DNA of 64,000 nucleotides, taken from the NCBI RefSeq assembly GCF_006345805.1, contig NC_043012.1, forward strand, positions 29,264,001 to 29,328,000. Direction: 5' to 3'. The translations under genes were made by a program, and so were the position numbers. The notes beneath the pieces were generated by a model that was given only the letters and a program-made list of their open reading frames with translations, did not search any database and was not told the DNA's origin. The stretch's first letter is position 1, and each line of letters begins with the position of its first letter. The stretch is from Octopus sinensis. Lineage: Eukaryota. This document shows, in pieces, positions 1 through 11,890 of the stretch.

Positions 1-250
1 ATACCATCGACCCCACTATTTGACTGGTACCGACCCGGAAGGATCGAATGCGAAACTCACAGTATTTGAAATCAGAAAGTAAAGACTCGAAAGAATTGCA
101 GCAAGTCATTGTGGCCAACTCTAACGATTCTGCCAATCTACCGCCGCCCTATAGAATGGCTTCTAAGATAGGCACAGGGCTTGAAATATGGAGCTGGTAG
201 GGGTTAGTCAATTACATCGACTCCAGTATTTGATTGGCTCTTTCTTTCAT
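1..250 (-). mobile_element. Two degraded fragments of tRNA-headed SINE family A
   Basis: 1-145 (ATCGACCCCACTATTTGACTGGTAC...AACGATTCTGCCAATCTACCGCC) and ~170-250 are reverse-strand matches to the SINE copies at 2275-2463 and 26596-26998. Confidence 0.7.
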
Positions 251-2274
251 AAACATTGGTGGGCTAATAATAAGACCAGTAAGAGCAACAACAACAACAA
301 CAATCATCCTCATTGTCATCAATCATCATCTTTATTGCCATCAATTATATATCATCTTTATCATCATCATCATCATCAATTCCCATCAACATCAGTCATC
401 ATTATCAGCAGTTTCAACGACAACAAGAACAAAAGCAACGAATATAAGAACACAAATAAATAGAAAACCAGAGAAAGGAATCCATTAGCAAAATGAAAGA
501 GATACGTTCTGATTGAAGGTTATTTAAGCAAAACAGAGCAGAGAAGGTGAAGAGCGGGAACTGCGTTTCTTTTTAGAAGTGAGGAGGTGAAAGTAAATAT
601 TTTGAAAATCGAAAAAAGAAAAAAAAAAGAAAAGTATTTTGAAAGGAAAAAATCTAAAATAACCAAGGGAAATATATGGAAAAAACGGAAAGGAAGAAAA
701 AGAAAAGGCTAAGACAAGACGATGAAAAAATAACGACTCATAAAAAAAAGAAAGAAAAAGAACGAATTGTAAAAGAGATGTAACATAGAAGAATTCTTTT
801 AGACTCGAGTTAAAAAATATGGCTGCGAGCAACATTCCTTCGGTTTGCCTTATAAAAAAAAAGGGTGGTAATGGGACAAAGAGGTGAAAGACATCACCGA
901 TATAGGACGCGGAGATGACCGAATGATGGCGAGAAAATGCCCGGTCGTCTCTCACCCCTCTCTCACTTCGTCTGTCTCTGTCTCTCTTAGCCGAATCTTC
1001 CTTTCTCCTTCTATCAGTCTTTTCCTCCTTCTTTCACTTTTTCTGTATCTCTTTTAGACTATTTCTGACTCATCCTTTCTCCCTTTATATCTTTTTCTCC
1101 ACGCTCACTCCTCTTCCTTTCTTTCTCTTACATTTTCATTCTGTCTTTCTCCTTCCTATATTACTCTCTCTTCTCCCCCCTCTCTCTCTCCCTTACATTA
1201 CTAGATGCCACCACTTGTACATGTTTTATTCATCTTCATGTTCAACTGTCAACAATATGTCTTTGAAAATGACTCCGTGGCTGTTGTTTAGTAACTGTTG
1301 TTACTTATCTTTTTTTGTTTTTATTAATATTGTTGTTATATTTAGTTGTTATTGTTTATATTTTATTCTAAACGAAAGGAAAACAAATATGCAATGGTAA
1401 GAATTCTGTCAACATTTATATTTGGGAATTCAATTGCAGACGATTCTCCAACAAATATACATAAACGCATATACACTTACGCAAATACATAGAGACATAA
1501 AATTGCATTCTCATGCTCCCACACGCGCACATACACATACTCTTACGCGCATACACCACCCGCACGTATACAAATAACATATGAGCATAAATATGCATTT
1601 CCTTTTAAATACCCATACACATACTTCTTTATAAACACATTCGCATATACACATCATACATGCACACATAAACACACACATACATGAGAAAGACTTTCAG
1701 TGGTCGTTTAGTCTCCCAGAAATAGTAGCCACGCCGCCCTCAAATTTCATTTAATAATGAACATATTTAATGTCTCAAATGAACTGACTGAAAAGACGAG
1801 ATGGTCACGGCTTGAATGTAATCATGGATCCACTCGACCAAAGTTGACCGGGGTTAAAAGACAATAATACAAGCATTTACAAACCATTTGATGTCAGTTA
1901 CTCTCTTCGTCCCCGTTTTTCGCGGTTCTACAGTAATTCGGTCGTTGCAAAACGGTTTTTCTGTGGGGACAGGCCCTCGCCGCTCAACGGTTTCCATTTC
2001 TGAAGCAAAGAAGTGGTCTCCCATAACCATTCTTACGGAGTGAGATTCCGAGAACAATCAACAGGGACAAACATGCTCGTGCTGCACACACACACACACT
2101 GCCAAACGTACACACGAACATACGTAGAGAAAAGAAGAAATGAAGGGAGGGTGAGAGGGGGGATGGCGGGAAGAAGGAAGAAAAAGAGAAAGAAAGGAAG
2201 AAAGAGAGGTATCGATGCATGTAGTTAAAGTGAAGTAGACAGGACGATGACAAGGTAACATGAAATGAATATTG

Positions 2275-2463
2275 GTTTCAAATTTTGGCTCAAGGCCAGC
2301 AATTTCGGTGACGGAGGCAAGTCGATTGCATCGACCCTAGTACGCTACTGGTACTTATTATATTGATCCCAGCGGCACTTGAACTTAGAAAGTAAAGACG
2401 GACGAAATACTGCTAAGAATTTTGTCCGTCTAACGTGGTAACAATTCTGCGACTCGCCGCCAG
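2275..2463 (-). mobile_element. SINE family A copy with 17-bp target-site duplication
   Basis: The body matches the other family A copies. It is flanked by the identical sequence ACATGAAATGAATATTG at 2258-2274 and 2464-2480. Confidence 0.85.
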
Positions 2464-2694
2464 ACATGAAATGAATATTGACAGAAGACAGAGGTGGTGA
2501 TCCCTTTCACACATTTTATACCGAGTGGCTGTGACGATACTGTGAAAAAAGATGGCCAAAAGACGAGAGGTTGTCTACGAATGAACTAGTTTACATTTGT
2601 GCATTAACGTTTGTATATGTTCTAAATGTAACTCGCAGGCCTGCAATTTACTTTAATATAAAATTTACTTTAATATAAAATTATTATCCTCTAA

Positions 2695-2760
2695 TCCATC
2701 CATCCATCCATCCATCCATCCATCCATCCATCCATTCGTCCATCTGTCCGTCCATCCATG
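2695..2760. repeat. (CCAT)n microsatellite
   Basis: Direct reading. Confidence 0.95.
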
Positions 2761-3105
2761 CATGAATTTACATCTGTCTAATTTCCGCTATACATAACAG
2801 CATGTCAAAAGCCTGAAAATAAATATGGCAACGTCATATTAAAATGTCAATTCGCAAAATAAATTAGTTATAAAATGGCGTTACTGAATCAATCTGCATC
2901 AAAAAGCAATTTCATGGAGTAATAATAGAAAAACACAGTATATCAGGTAAGAAACAAATGATTTCATTTTGACTCGGATTGTAAACATAATACTCTTGTG
3001 AGTGTAATGTTGACAGAACGGATCTTGCAAATTATCTAAGAAGGAATATTAAATACGAAAGTAGCTAGAAAGTTTGCTTTATCATGTTCAACTATACCAA
3101 AGATT

Positions 3106-3435
3106 GTGGAAGGCGCGTGGCTTAGTGGTTGGGGCATTCGGATCACGATCGTAAGGTCGTGAGTTCAATTCCCGGCGGCGCGTTGTGTCCTTGAGCATGA
3201 CGCTTTATTTCACGTTGCTTCAGTCCACTCAGGTGGCAAAAATTAGTAGTACCTTTATTTCAAAGAGTCAGCCTTGTAACATTCTGTGTCACGCTGAATC
3301 TCCCTGAGAACTACGTTAAGGGTACACGTGTCTTTTGAGTGCTCAGCCACTTGCACGTTGATTTCACGTACAAGCTATTCTGTTGATCGTATCAGCTGGG
3401 ACCCTCGTCGTCGCAACTGACGGAGTGCTCTTTAG
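3106..3435 (+). mobile_element. tRNA-derived SINE family B, full length, 12-bp TSD
   Basis: A-box-like TGGCTTAGTGG (3118-3128) and B-box-like GAGTTCAATTCC (3161-3172), then a central GCGTTGTGTCCTTGAGCA domain. TSD ATACCAAAGATT at 3094-3105 and 3436-3447. Near-identical copies lie on the minus strand at 48.1 and 49.9 kb. Confidence 0.9.
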
Positions 3436-5090
3436 ATACCAAAGATTATAGTGAAACTTGAAATGTTGAAAAGGCAGTACAAGTGGAAAGCTGAGAGTAA
3501 TTTGCCTAAGAGGCGGCTCGAAAATATTTCACATTTCACATAGTAGTGAAACCGTAGAGAACTTTGATTGATGCTACTTCAGAATTTAACAGAACTGATA
3601 AGCAATTTAATTTGTAAGTTAAAGCATCAGAAGTCTATTAGTGGAAAATGAAAATACTGTAAACCTGTAAAATACTGTAAATACTGTAAATTACCCAAAA
3701 CTTGTAAGTCACTAGATAATACAAGTTTATTTTCAACTGAAGAAAAACGCGTTCAGAAATGAAATTCTTTCTTTGAACCAAGCCCAAACTCCTATAAATG
3801 TGACATTCCTTCAGGTCTATCATGATTGCTTCGTTCTGTTGATCGATTTCTCGAGTTCCGGGTTACTTATGTGTTCATTTTTGGCTTTGAGAGTTCTTCC
3901 GCATTCAAGACAAGTATTGGATGTAGTGAATCAGGCTTAAGTTGCTACTGGTTTTCTACTCCACGCCCTAATAAGCGCATATATTAACTCTGAAAGTTGT
4001 AACTCTTTCTCTGATAACTATCCAATCAAATCCGTTTGTCTTTAAGCTAGGAGCAAAATTGCTTCAACGGCCATTACTCTTTCATCTGAAAAACCTGACC
4101 GCTCTGACTTAGTGGGCTCTCGAAGTCGAACGCGTCAACTCTTATTTTGACTTCATTCAGCTCACTAGCATTGGTTATTCTGTCCTCTGAGCAGATTTTT
4201 ATATTGCTTCAAACTATATTGCCGGAAATTTTTACGTGCCTTCAGATATCAGTGGTTTGCTGTCCAAGCTTCTGATGACTAATGGGAGCGTTGATAATAA
4301 TTCTTCTATGTACACTAATGTTTTGAGGTCTGTAGGGATGTCACAATCATTAAGGATGCTTCTTCAGAAACATTTCAGCACATTTAAAACGATGTTTTTT
4401 GCCATCAACATCGCCGTTGGCGAAGAAATGGCTTCTGAGAAACAATAAATGATATACGGTAAATGATATTCATATGTTTTATATAGTTGTGTCGCTAGGT
4501 TGAATTATTGACCGTATCCGTTTGTTTCAGATGATGATGGTTGGCCGACGACCTGAGCTTTCTTGAAATTGATGGTCACTTCCGTATAAATGACCGAGGG
4601 CAGTTCAAATATGATGCTAATGATTTTCTTTCTGAGAAAGCAGCCACTCTGTTGCAATCTACGTATTGAATTCAATAAAAGAGTTTTGTGATACGTAATT
4701 TTGTGAATACGAGACAGACATGGCTAAATAGTCTGCCTTAGGGCCGAAATTTGAATCACGAAGACAACCTCTGATCCAGAATAAGGTAGACGAGTCATAA
4801 GAACAGAAGCACAAAGGTAAACTGTTATTTTAGTGTTGAATAAAAGAAATTCCGTCATTCTGTTAAATTTATAAAATTCATTTACACTTCTTTGTAGTCA
4901 GAGATTGGTAAAATAATTGTAAATCATTCGTTCCTATTACAAGAAGTTAAGTGTCCTTTCTCATACGTCAATGAGCAGCTTGATTGAAAAGTAACAGAAT
5001 AATCATGTTTTTCGAAATGACATGTCAAGCAGAGTCCCTCCTGACTCGTGCAAGCCTCTAAGATTTGTAGGAAAGAGTGAAGAAGCTAAA

Positions 5091-5091
<1 letters not shown>

Positions 5092-5185
<94 letters not shown>

Positions 5186-5210
5186 AAATAGATAGATAGA
5201 TAGAGATAAG

Positions 5211-5242
<32 letters not shown>

Positions 5243-5246
5243 AGGA
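5092..5246. repeat. (ATCT)n followed by (AG)n microsatellite
   Basis: Direct reading. Confidence 0.95.
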
Positions 5247-5639
5247 GAAGTATCCTGGAACCGGGATTATGATCCAAATGCTTGTAACAGAATGGATTCC
5301 AGTAAGTGGTAGTGTGAATCCAGATGACGACTTAAGTAGACCACCGAAGTAAGAGCCACGACAAATACCGCAAGTTGTCTGATCCAGCGTTGTTATAGTT
5401 TCGCCTTGGTTTGTTAATTCTTAGCATTCTGATATTTCAGGGTTACAAATGATCTCTATGAATCAAAGATGCTACTTGTATCATTTCTTTCTCGAAAGCT
5501 CTATATTGAAAATAATATTTAGAAGAATGAAATGGAAAGCCTTTTACTTAAATTTACATCCAAGTCTTCTACAGTGGTTGCAGATTGTACAAGAAACTTC
5601 TGTATCGTGGAAGAGGGCCTAATTGGATGATTCAAAACT

Positions 5640-6900
5640 GTTATATTAAATCCATGAATTCAATAAATTCTAGTGTAGATTAAAAAAATTTGGAGCCGTT
5701 CAAAAACTCCCAAATATATTCAGGAAAGCTGATAAAACTAATGATATTTATGGAGCAGATAGATGCGCATTTAACAAATTGTTAATGAGTTACGTTATAA
5801 GAAAACCAGCCACAAAACAACGATATCAATAAGAAAGTAAAAAATCTAACAACCAAACTAAACATTGATGATAGGATAGAACGACTTAATCCACGGAGGC
5901 TATTAATGGCAGTGACCCTGAAATATTGCTAATTTTAACCATAATTCTTGTTGTAGACTGATGGTTTAAACTTATTATGACAAATGCACTAACATACAGT
6001 TTGACATCGTCAAAAGTTATCCGTCAATGTCAAAAGACGATCTATTCCAGGCTCTAGAGTTCGGTAAGCTATACACCACACTCACCAATTCCATATGGAG
6101 ATTACCATGAACGCTAAAATATCGTTACGTCTTCTCTAAAACTTCTATTGCATGATTAAAAACAACACTGGTGGTGAAGAGCTACGACAAAGCAGAAATT
6201 CAATTGTCCTGTCCATCGTATACAGGCCAAGCAGCAATATAAAGGAAGCCAATATAGGATTGTACAGGGATGAAAGTTTAGTGGTAGTTCATAACAAAAC
6301 TGGACATGATCTGGATACCATTCGGAAACAAATTAATTGAGATAATTACACAACCTGAAGATTAGACAATCTCAAAACTATCAGTTATTTGAATATTAAC
6401 ATGAGACTTCACACACATAAATAGGGCCAGTTTCGTAAACCAAAGAGACCACCAGCATCAATTATCAAATAAGTCATAAGCAACGTCAATAAGCGCGTCT
6501 TTTGTCATCCTTCGGGTGCAGTAACATTCTACAAGGCTGCACTGTACTACAACGTTGCACTAGCGATATTAAACTTCGATGAGGGCGTCAATTATATTGA
6601 ACCTACCCCATTTACATGTAAAAGTCGTAAAAGATATTGTCTTTCGATCAATTATATAGCAAGAACGTGACAATATATATCACTGGACGCTTCTTCACAC
6701 TAATGACTTATATTTCTCTCGTTCACACAGATTTCTCAAAATATTTCATCTCAAAATATTTAACAGTTTCACTTATTGTTTTCTCCTAAACATAGGTTTA
6801 CAAATCTTTAATCTCAATAAAATCATTAATCTAGAATTTTGCAACTGTAGATCCTTCGGAAAGCTTCCTTTAGACTCTAAATACCTGAAGAAGTAGCTGA
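5640..6900 (+). pseudogene. Decayed Penelope-like element (PLE) reverse transcriptase
   Basis: Manual translation gives PLE RT motifs in order: KADKTNDIY...FNKLL (~5725-5790), WFK, FDIVKSYPS (6000-6026; consensus FDIxxFYPSI), IGLYRDESL (~6255-6280; consensus GLYRDDGL), NLKTISYLNI and FRKP. There are many stops and frameshifts. Confidence 0.75.
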
Positions 6901-7017
6901 TGTATAGAAGCGGCATCCCGGTTCAGATGGTACATAAAGAACAAATGTGGCTCGCAGGAAAAACATTAAAGGAAAGATACACACAGCCTGTGGCTTGTCT
7001 CAAGCAAAGTAATGCTA

Positions 7018-8306
7018 CGAGGGGCGTTCAATAAGTAATGGCCCTGACCCACTTCCCATAGCAGTAGAGCAATGAAATTTGGCACAGTTATTAGTCTTTT
7101 TCTACATAAAAACCACCCAGAGTTACGCATTTCTCCCATCGTTTGATGCAGCTCTGGAGACCGTTTTTGTAGAAGACCCCAGCTTGGTCCTCCAACCACG
7201 ACGTGACTTCAGAAATCAAGGCTGCATCATCTGGGAAACGCTTTCCTTTCAAAAGCAACTTCATAGCTGGGAAGAGGTGAAAATCAGAGGGTGCAAGGTC
7301 AGGAGCGTAGGGGGATGGGGGGAGGAGTTCATAACCACATGCCTGTGCTTCTGATCTGGTGACACGCGAGTTGTGGAACGGAGCGTTGTCCTGCAGCAGG
7401 AGGATGCCTTTGTTGATCTTGCCCCGCCTCTTGATTTTGATAGCTTCTCTTAATTTCCTCAGAAGTGAAGCATAATAGGCTCCTGTAATTGTGGTACCCT
7501 TTGCCAGGAAATCTGTCATCACTACTCCGTCCTGGTCCCAGAAGACTGTGAGCATGACCTTACCAGCGGAGGGCTGCACCCTTGCCTTCTTTGGAGGAGG
7601 GGAGTCACGGTGCTTCCACTGCATTGACTGGGCTTTGGTCTCTGAATCATCGTGATGGACCCAGGTTTCATCCTGTGTAATCAGACTTTTGAAAAATTTT
7701 GACTCATCTTGGCACATCTCCAAATTCATCTTCGAGCACTCGACGCGTTCTTGCTTCTGGAAAGGTGTGAGCAACCTGGGAATCCATTTGGCAGACACCT
7801 TTTGCATGTGCAGATGGTCATGAATGATAGTTTCCACAGACCCGGTATTAATCTTGACCTCATGGGCTATTTGGCGAATAATTATGCGTCGATCTTCCAA
7901 AATGGCAGCCTCAACTTGACGGACAGATGCCTCATCAATGGCAGAAGGGGGCGACCAGGTCTGGGAGCTGTTTCCACAGAGTTCCGACCATGTTTGAATT
8001 CACTATGCCAAGGTTTTACAAGGTCATATGATGGGGCATCATCACCATAAGTTACTTTCATTTCATCAAAAGTCTTCCGTGGTGTGCGTCCTTTCAAATA
8101 CAAAAACCGGATCACTGCTCGCCACTCAACAGGCTCCATTTCACACTTGACTCAGTTCAAACACCTGTAAATCAGAAACCACAATTATTTCAGAGCTGTA
8201 ATTTGCCACTTAATTTATAGAGATATAAATAATTGCACATGCAAAATTTCAGCTAGATCAAACAACTGCAAGTAGGTCAGAGGCATTACTTATTGAACGT
8301 CCCTCG
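7018..8306 (-). mobile_element. Near-intact mariner transposon (DD34D, irritans-like), 1289 bp
   Basis: TIRs CGAGGGGCGTTCAATAAGTAATG and CATTACTTATTGAACGTCCCTCG, with a TA TSD at 7016-7017 and 8307-8308. Confidence 0.95.
7091..8139 (-). pseudogene. Mariner transposase (~349 aa) split by one 1-bp frameshift
   Basis: ORF 7882-8139 (HTH, ...PRPGRP) joins ORF 7091-7900 across a G5 run at 7947-7951. Motifs: WIPRLL, ITQDETW, QDNAP, PYAPDLAPSDF. There are 34 residues between the second and third Asp. Confidence 0.93.
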
Positions 8307-9253
8307 TACGTCACTTTCGAATTTTGCATGATTTTTAAAAGATCGCAGAGTGACAAATCCATCCATAAACTTGCGTGTCATCACGAGAGAGCAGATATGA
8401 ATTCAGTTTAGCAGAGAAGTTAAAAATTCCGTCAGTACATTTAACACAAATGAAGAAACGTTTCCTCCTTATTTATATATACAACAATTTAAACTACAAA
8501 ACTTCAAACATTCCAATCCCAACCGTAAAACAAACCCAACCCGGCTAACCAGATCTTTCCAACACACTATGCCTTTTCCCCTTTCCAAGCCATCTTCCAT
8601 CTTAACACTTAAGAACACAACAACACCATCATATCATTCACCACTTTAACCATTCAGTCTCCTCCAATTCCCACCATGAAAACAGAAAAACTGTAGAAGA
8701 TAATTATTATTAAACAAAACAAGTAGGATGTTATAACAATTTGTTTCACCGCAATTTAAATATACAAACACCAAATGAAGTCCCAACATAAACCTGTCTA
8801 AGTTCATTTCAGCCATATTATTTATATATCAAAGCTACCATCGTAACTTTCTAATACTAATTTTTAATTTAACATGATTTATCAGTTGTATTCTTTGATA
8901 GCTACGGAATCTCAACAATAACTCATTTGCATAATACCACCACAGGTAACTTGCAACTAATGTAGCAAGCAATCGCTCTCAATGAAATAAATAAAAAAGA
9001 CACAACATTGATCTTACCAACTACTTCCTACGAAAATGTATATCAAACATCTTGTTTTTCTCGGAGACACAAATATCCCCAGTCCAGGGGAGATTTGCAT
9101 ATCTAGTCAAAATTTCAAATCTAGTCAAAATTTCTAGCACCTTCCCAGGAAGATATGTGTTTTGGTGAATTCCTCAATCAGCTTTCTCCCGCAAGATGGC
9201 TCAGTAAGAAGTAGCATAGTTGAAGCCACTACTTTGCTCCCGCTAGATATACA

Positions 9254-9255
<2 letters not shown>

Positions 9256-9301
<46 letters not shown>

Positions 9302-9306
9302 TCTCC

Positions 9307-9337
<31 letters not shown>

Positions 9338-9350
9338 CTTATCTACTTAC

Positions 9351-9411
<61 letters not shown>
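9256..9411. repeat. (CT)n + (ATCT)n compound microsatellite
   Basis: Direct reading. Confidence 0.95.
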
Positions 9412-9924
9412 ATTCTGAATGTCCATCAATTTGTTTGTCTGTCTATCAGTATGTATGTATCCATGTACGTATATACATATTCACAATATTCATATTCAAA
9501 TAATTAACTAGCTAGCAGGTTGTCTATCCGTTTGTCTGTCTGTCTATCTCTGTCAGTATGTATGTATGTGTGTATCTCTGAGTGTACGTATGTGCCTATA
9601 CACTATATGTATATTCGTCCACTGAAATTGTCCACATAAGACTCAATGGGGGGGGGGGGTCGAGAAAATTAAATTACTTTTACTGCCATAGTCAAGGATA
9701 AAGATTCGATAGACATCTGTACAAACCGTGCTTGCGATACAGTCTCTCGTCTTCATATTCATCTTTATATTAAACCATAGATTCATGTAGGCACAAACCT
9801 TTATATCTCCTGAGCGCCTGCTCACGCTGTCCTGATGTAGAGCTGAGAGACATGGAAAATAAGAAGGATGAACTAATGAACAAGTATTTGGATGAACAAG
9901 TATTTGACCACTTTCACTTTCACT

Positions 9925-10300
9925 ATTTCGTTTCGTTCCAGTCATTGGACTGCAGCCATCCTCGATTTCCATCAGAAAAATTTTTTTACTGGAATGAATC
10001 AACCCCAGTACTTGATTTTTTAAAGCCTGGCACTTATTCTATCGGTATCTATTGCCGAAACGCTAAGTTACGAGGACGTTAGCACACCAACACTGGTTGT
10101 CAAGCAGGGGTGGGTGACAAAGGAACACACGCACACACACTCACACATATATACGACAGGCTTCTTTCAGTTTCCATCTACCAAGTCCGTTCGCAAGGCT
10201 TTGGTCGGCCCGAGGCTATAGTAGAAGATACTTGCCCGAGGTACCACGCAGTTTGAACCCGGAACCATATGGCTCAGAAACAAACTTCTTATCACACAGT
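9925..10300 (-). mobile_element. Composite tRNA-headed SINE family C
   Basis: The minus strand has a tRNA-like head (GGTTCCGGGTTCAAAC), body ...GCCTCGGGCCGACCAAAGCC..., an internal (TG)n and a long tail. A homologous copy lies at 44345-44770. Confidence 0.8.
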
Positions 10301-11460
10301 GATCACATTTTGGATTTTGTGTCAGATCCAAAATTTGTAGTTTTTCTTGAATTGATTCCCTTCAACAGAACCCTGTTGCCCCCAGAATGTACTCATCCGC
10401 AATGTGGTCGTACCGAAACTTTTTCCAGGATGGTGCTAACAGTGAGATAAACAGCTGAAAATGTGGATTAAGATAATTCGATCGGATCATGAATCGGTAT
10501 CTAGTTCTGTGTATGGTGCGCCGTTCGAATCGAGGCTATTTAACGATCGCTGTGTTGGACATCAGTGATTGGATTCGGCCCGACTCATCTTTTGTGGACG
10601 TCGACACAAGTACGGGACTCATATTAAAACCCGCACGCATACGCGAGCTCGCATGCGCACCCACCTGCATGCACGCACATACACGTGTACGCACGCGCAC
10701 ACATAAAATGCATTCGCAAAAATATGCACTTATAAACATACACACCTTTACAAGTTCAAGCACGTTGTCCCTCACATACACATAACTATACCCAGACAGC
10801 ATATAGATATACACTCGTATGCTTAAAGATATACACTCATACATACAAGCGTCAGCTGGAAGGGACTTTAGCTGTCAATAGTATTGGTGTAAAACGACAT
10901 ATCAGTGTGTGTTTCTGTGTCTGTGTGTTTGTATGTGTGTGCATGTGCATGTGCGTGTGTGTGTGTGCATGTGTGTTTGTGTGTGTTTGTGTGTGTGTAT
11001 TTGTGTGCGCGCGCGCCATATTTGGTCACATTTCTATGATCTGTACGTAACTTCTACTGGTCTCCAAGGCACAATGCAGTCTACACTTGAACTTGTCATG
11101 TATGGAATATCTTTAAAATATTAATTGCAAAATGGTGGGAAATAAATTGGAATCTTTTCTTTCAGGCGATATATAGGGCACTTTCATGAAACAGGTGGCC
11201 GGAATCCACCTAATGATGTTTATCTGGGCGAGATTACACAGGGTGTATAGGTAGTATATATGGCAGTTGGGGGAGTTAAAGGTTTCCATTTTCAATATGC
11301 TAGAGGTTAAACAAGATATCTTTATTTTCCCGCTTTCTTTCGTTCTTTCTTCTTTCCTCTGTTGTTTCTTATTTTTGTTATTTATACGTGTGTACATTAG
11401 TTATTTATGTGTCATTCTTATTTACAAGCAAGTAAGAAATCTTTCTGACACACAATCAAC

Positions 11461-11890
<430 letters not shown>

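Noticed and set aside
524-1400. Possible promoter or first exon (AAAATATGGCTGCG; ATGCAATG|GTAAGA at ~1397)
   Set aside because: The motifs are short and common; no downstream in-phase exon could be linked.
3106-3180. tRNA gene
   Set aside because: A/B boxes are present, but the sequence continues into a SINE body with a TSD and has no acceptor-stem 3' half. The same applies to the other tRNA-like heads.
3736-3760. CTGAAGA...AAACGCGTT hammerhead-like string; also similar strings at ~6886, ~14030, ~43568 and ~54990
   Set aside because: Stem II and/or stem I and the GAAA-NUH register are missing; compatible with chance.
8891-8908. FFDSYG motif resembling Polinton/adenoviral-type cysteine protease
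   Set aside because: A six-residue match only. I found no convincing His or Gln/Cys motifs or open frame around it.
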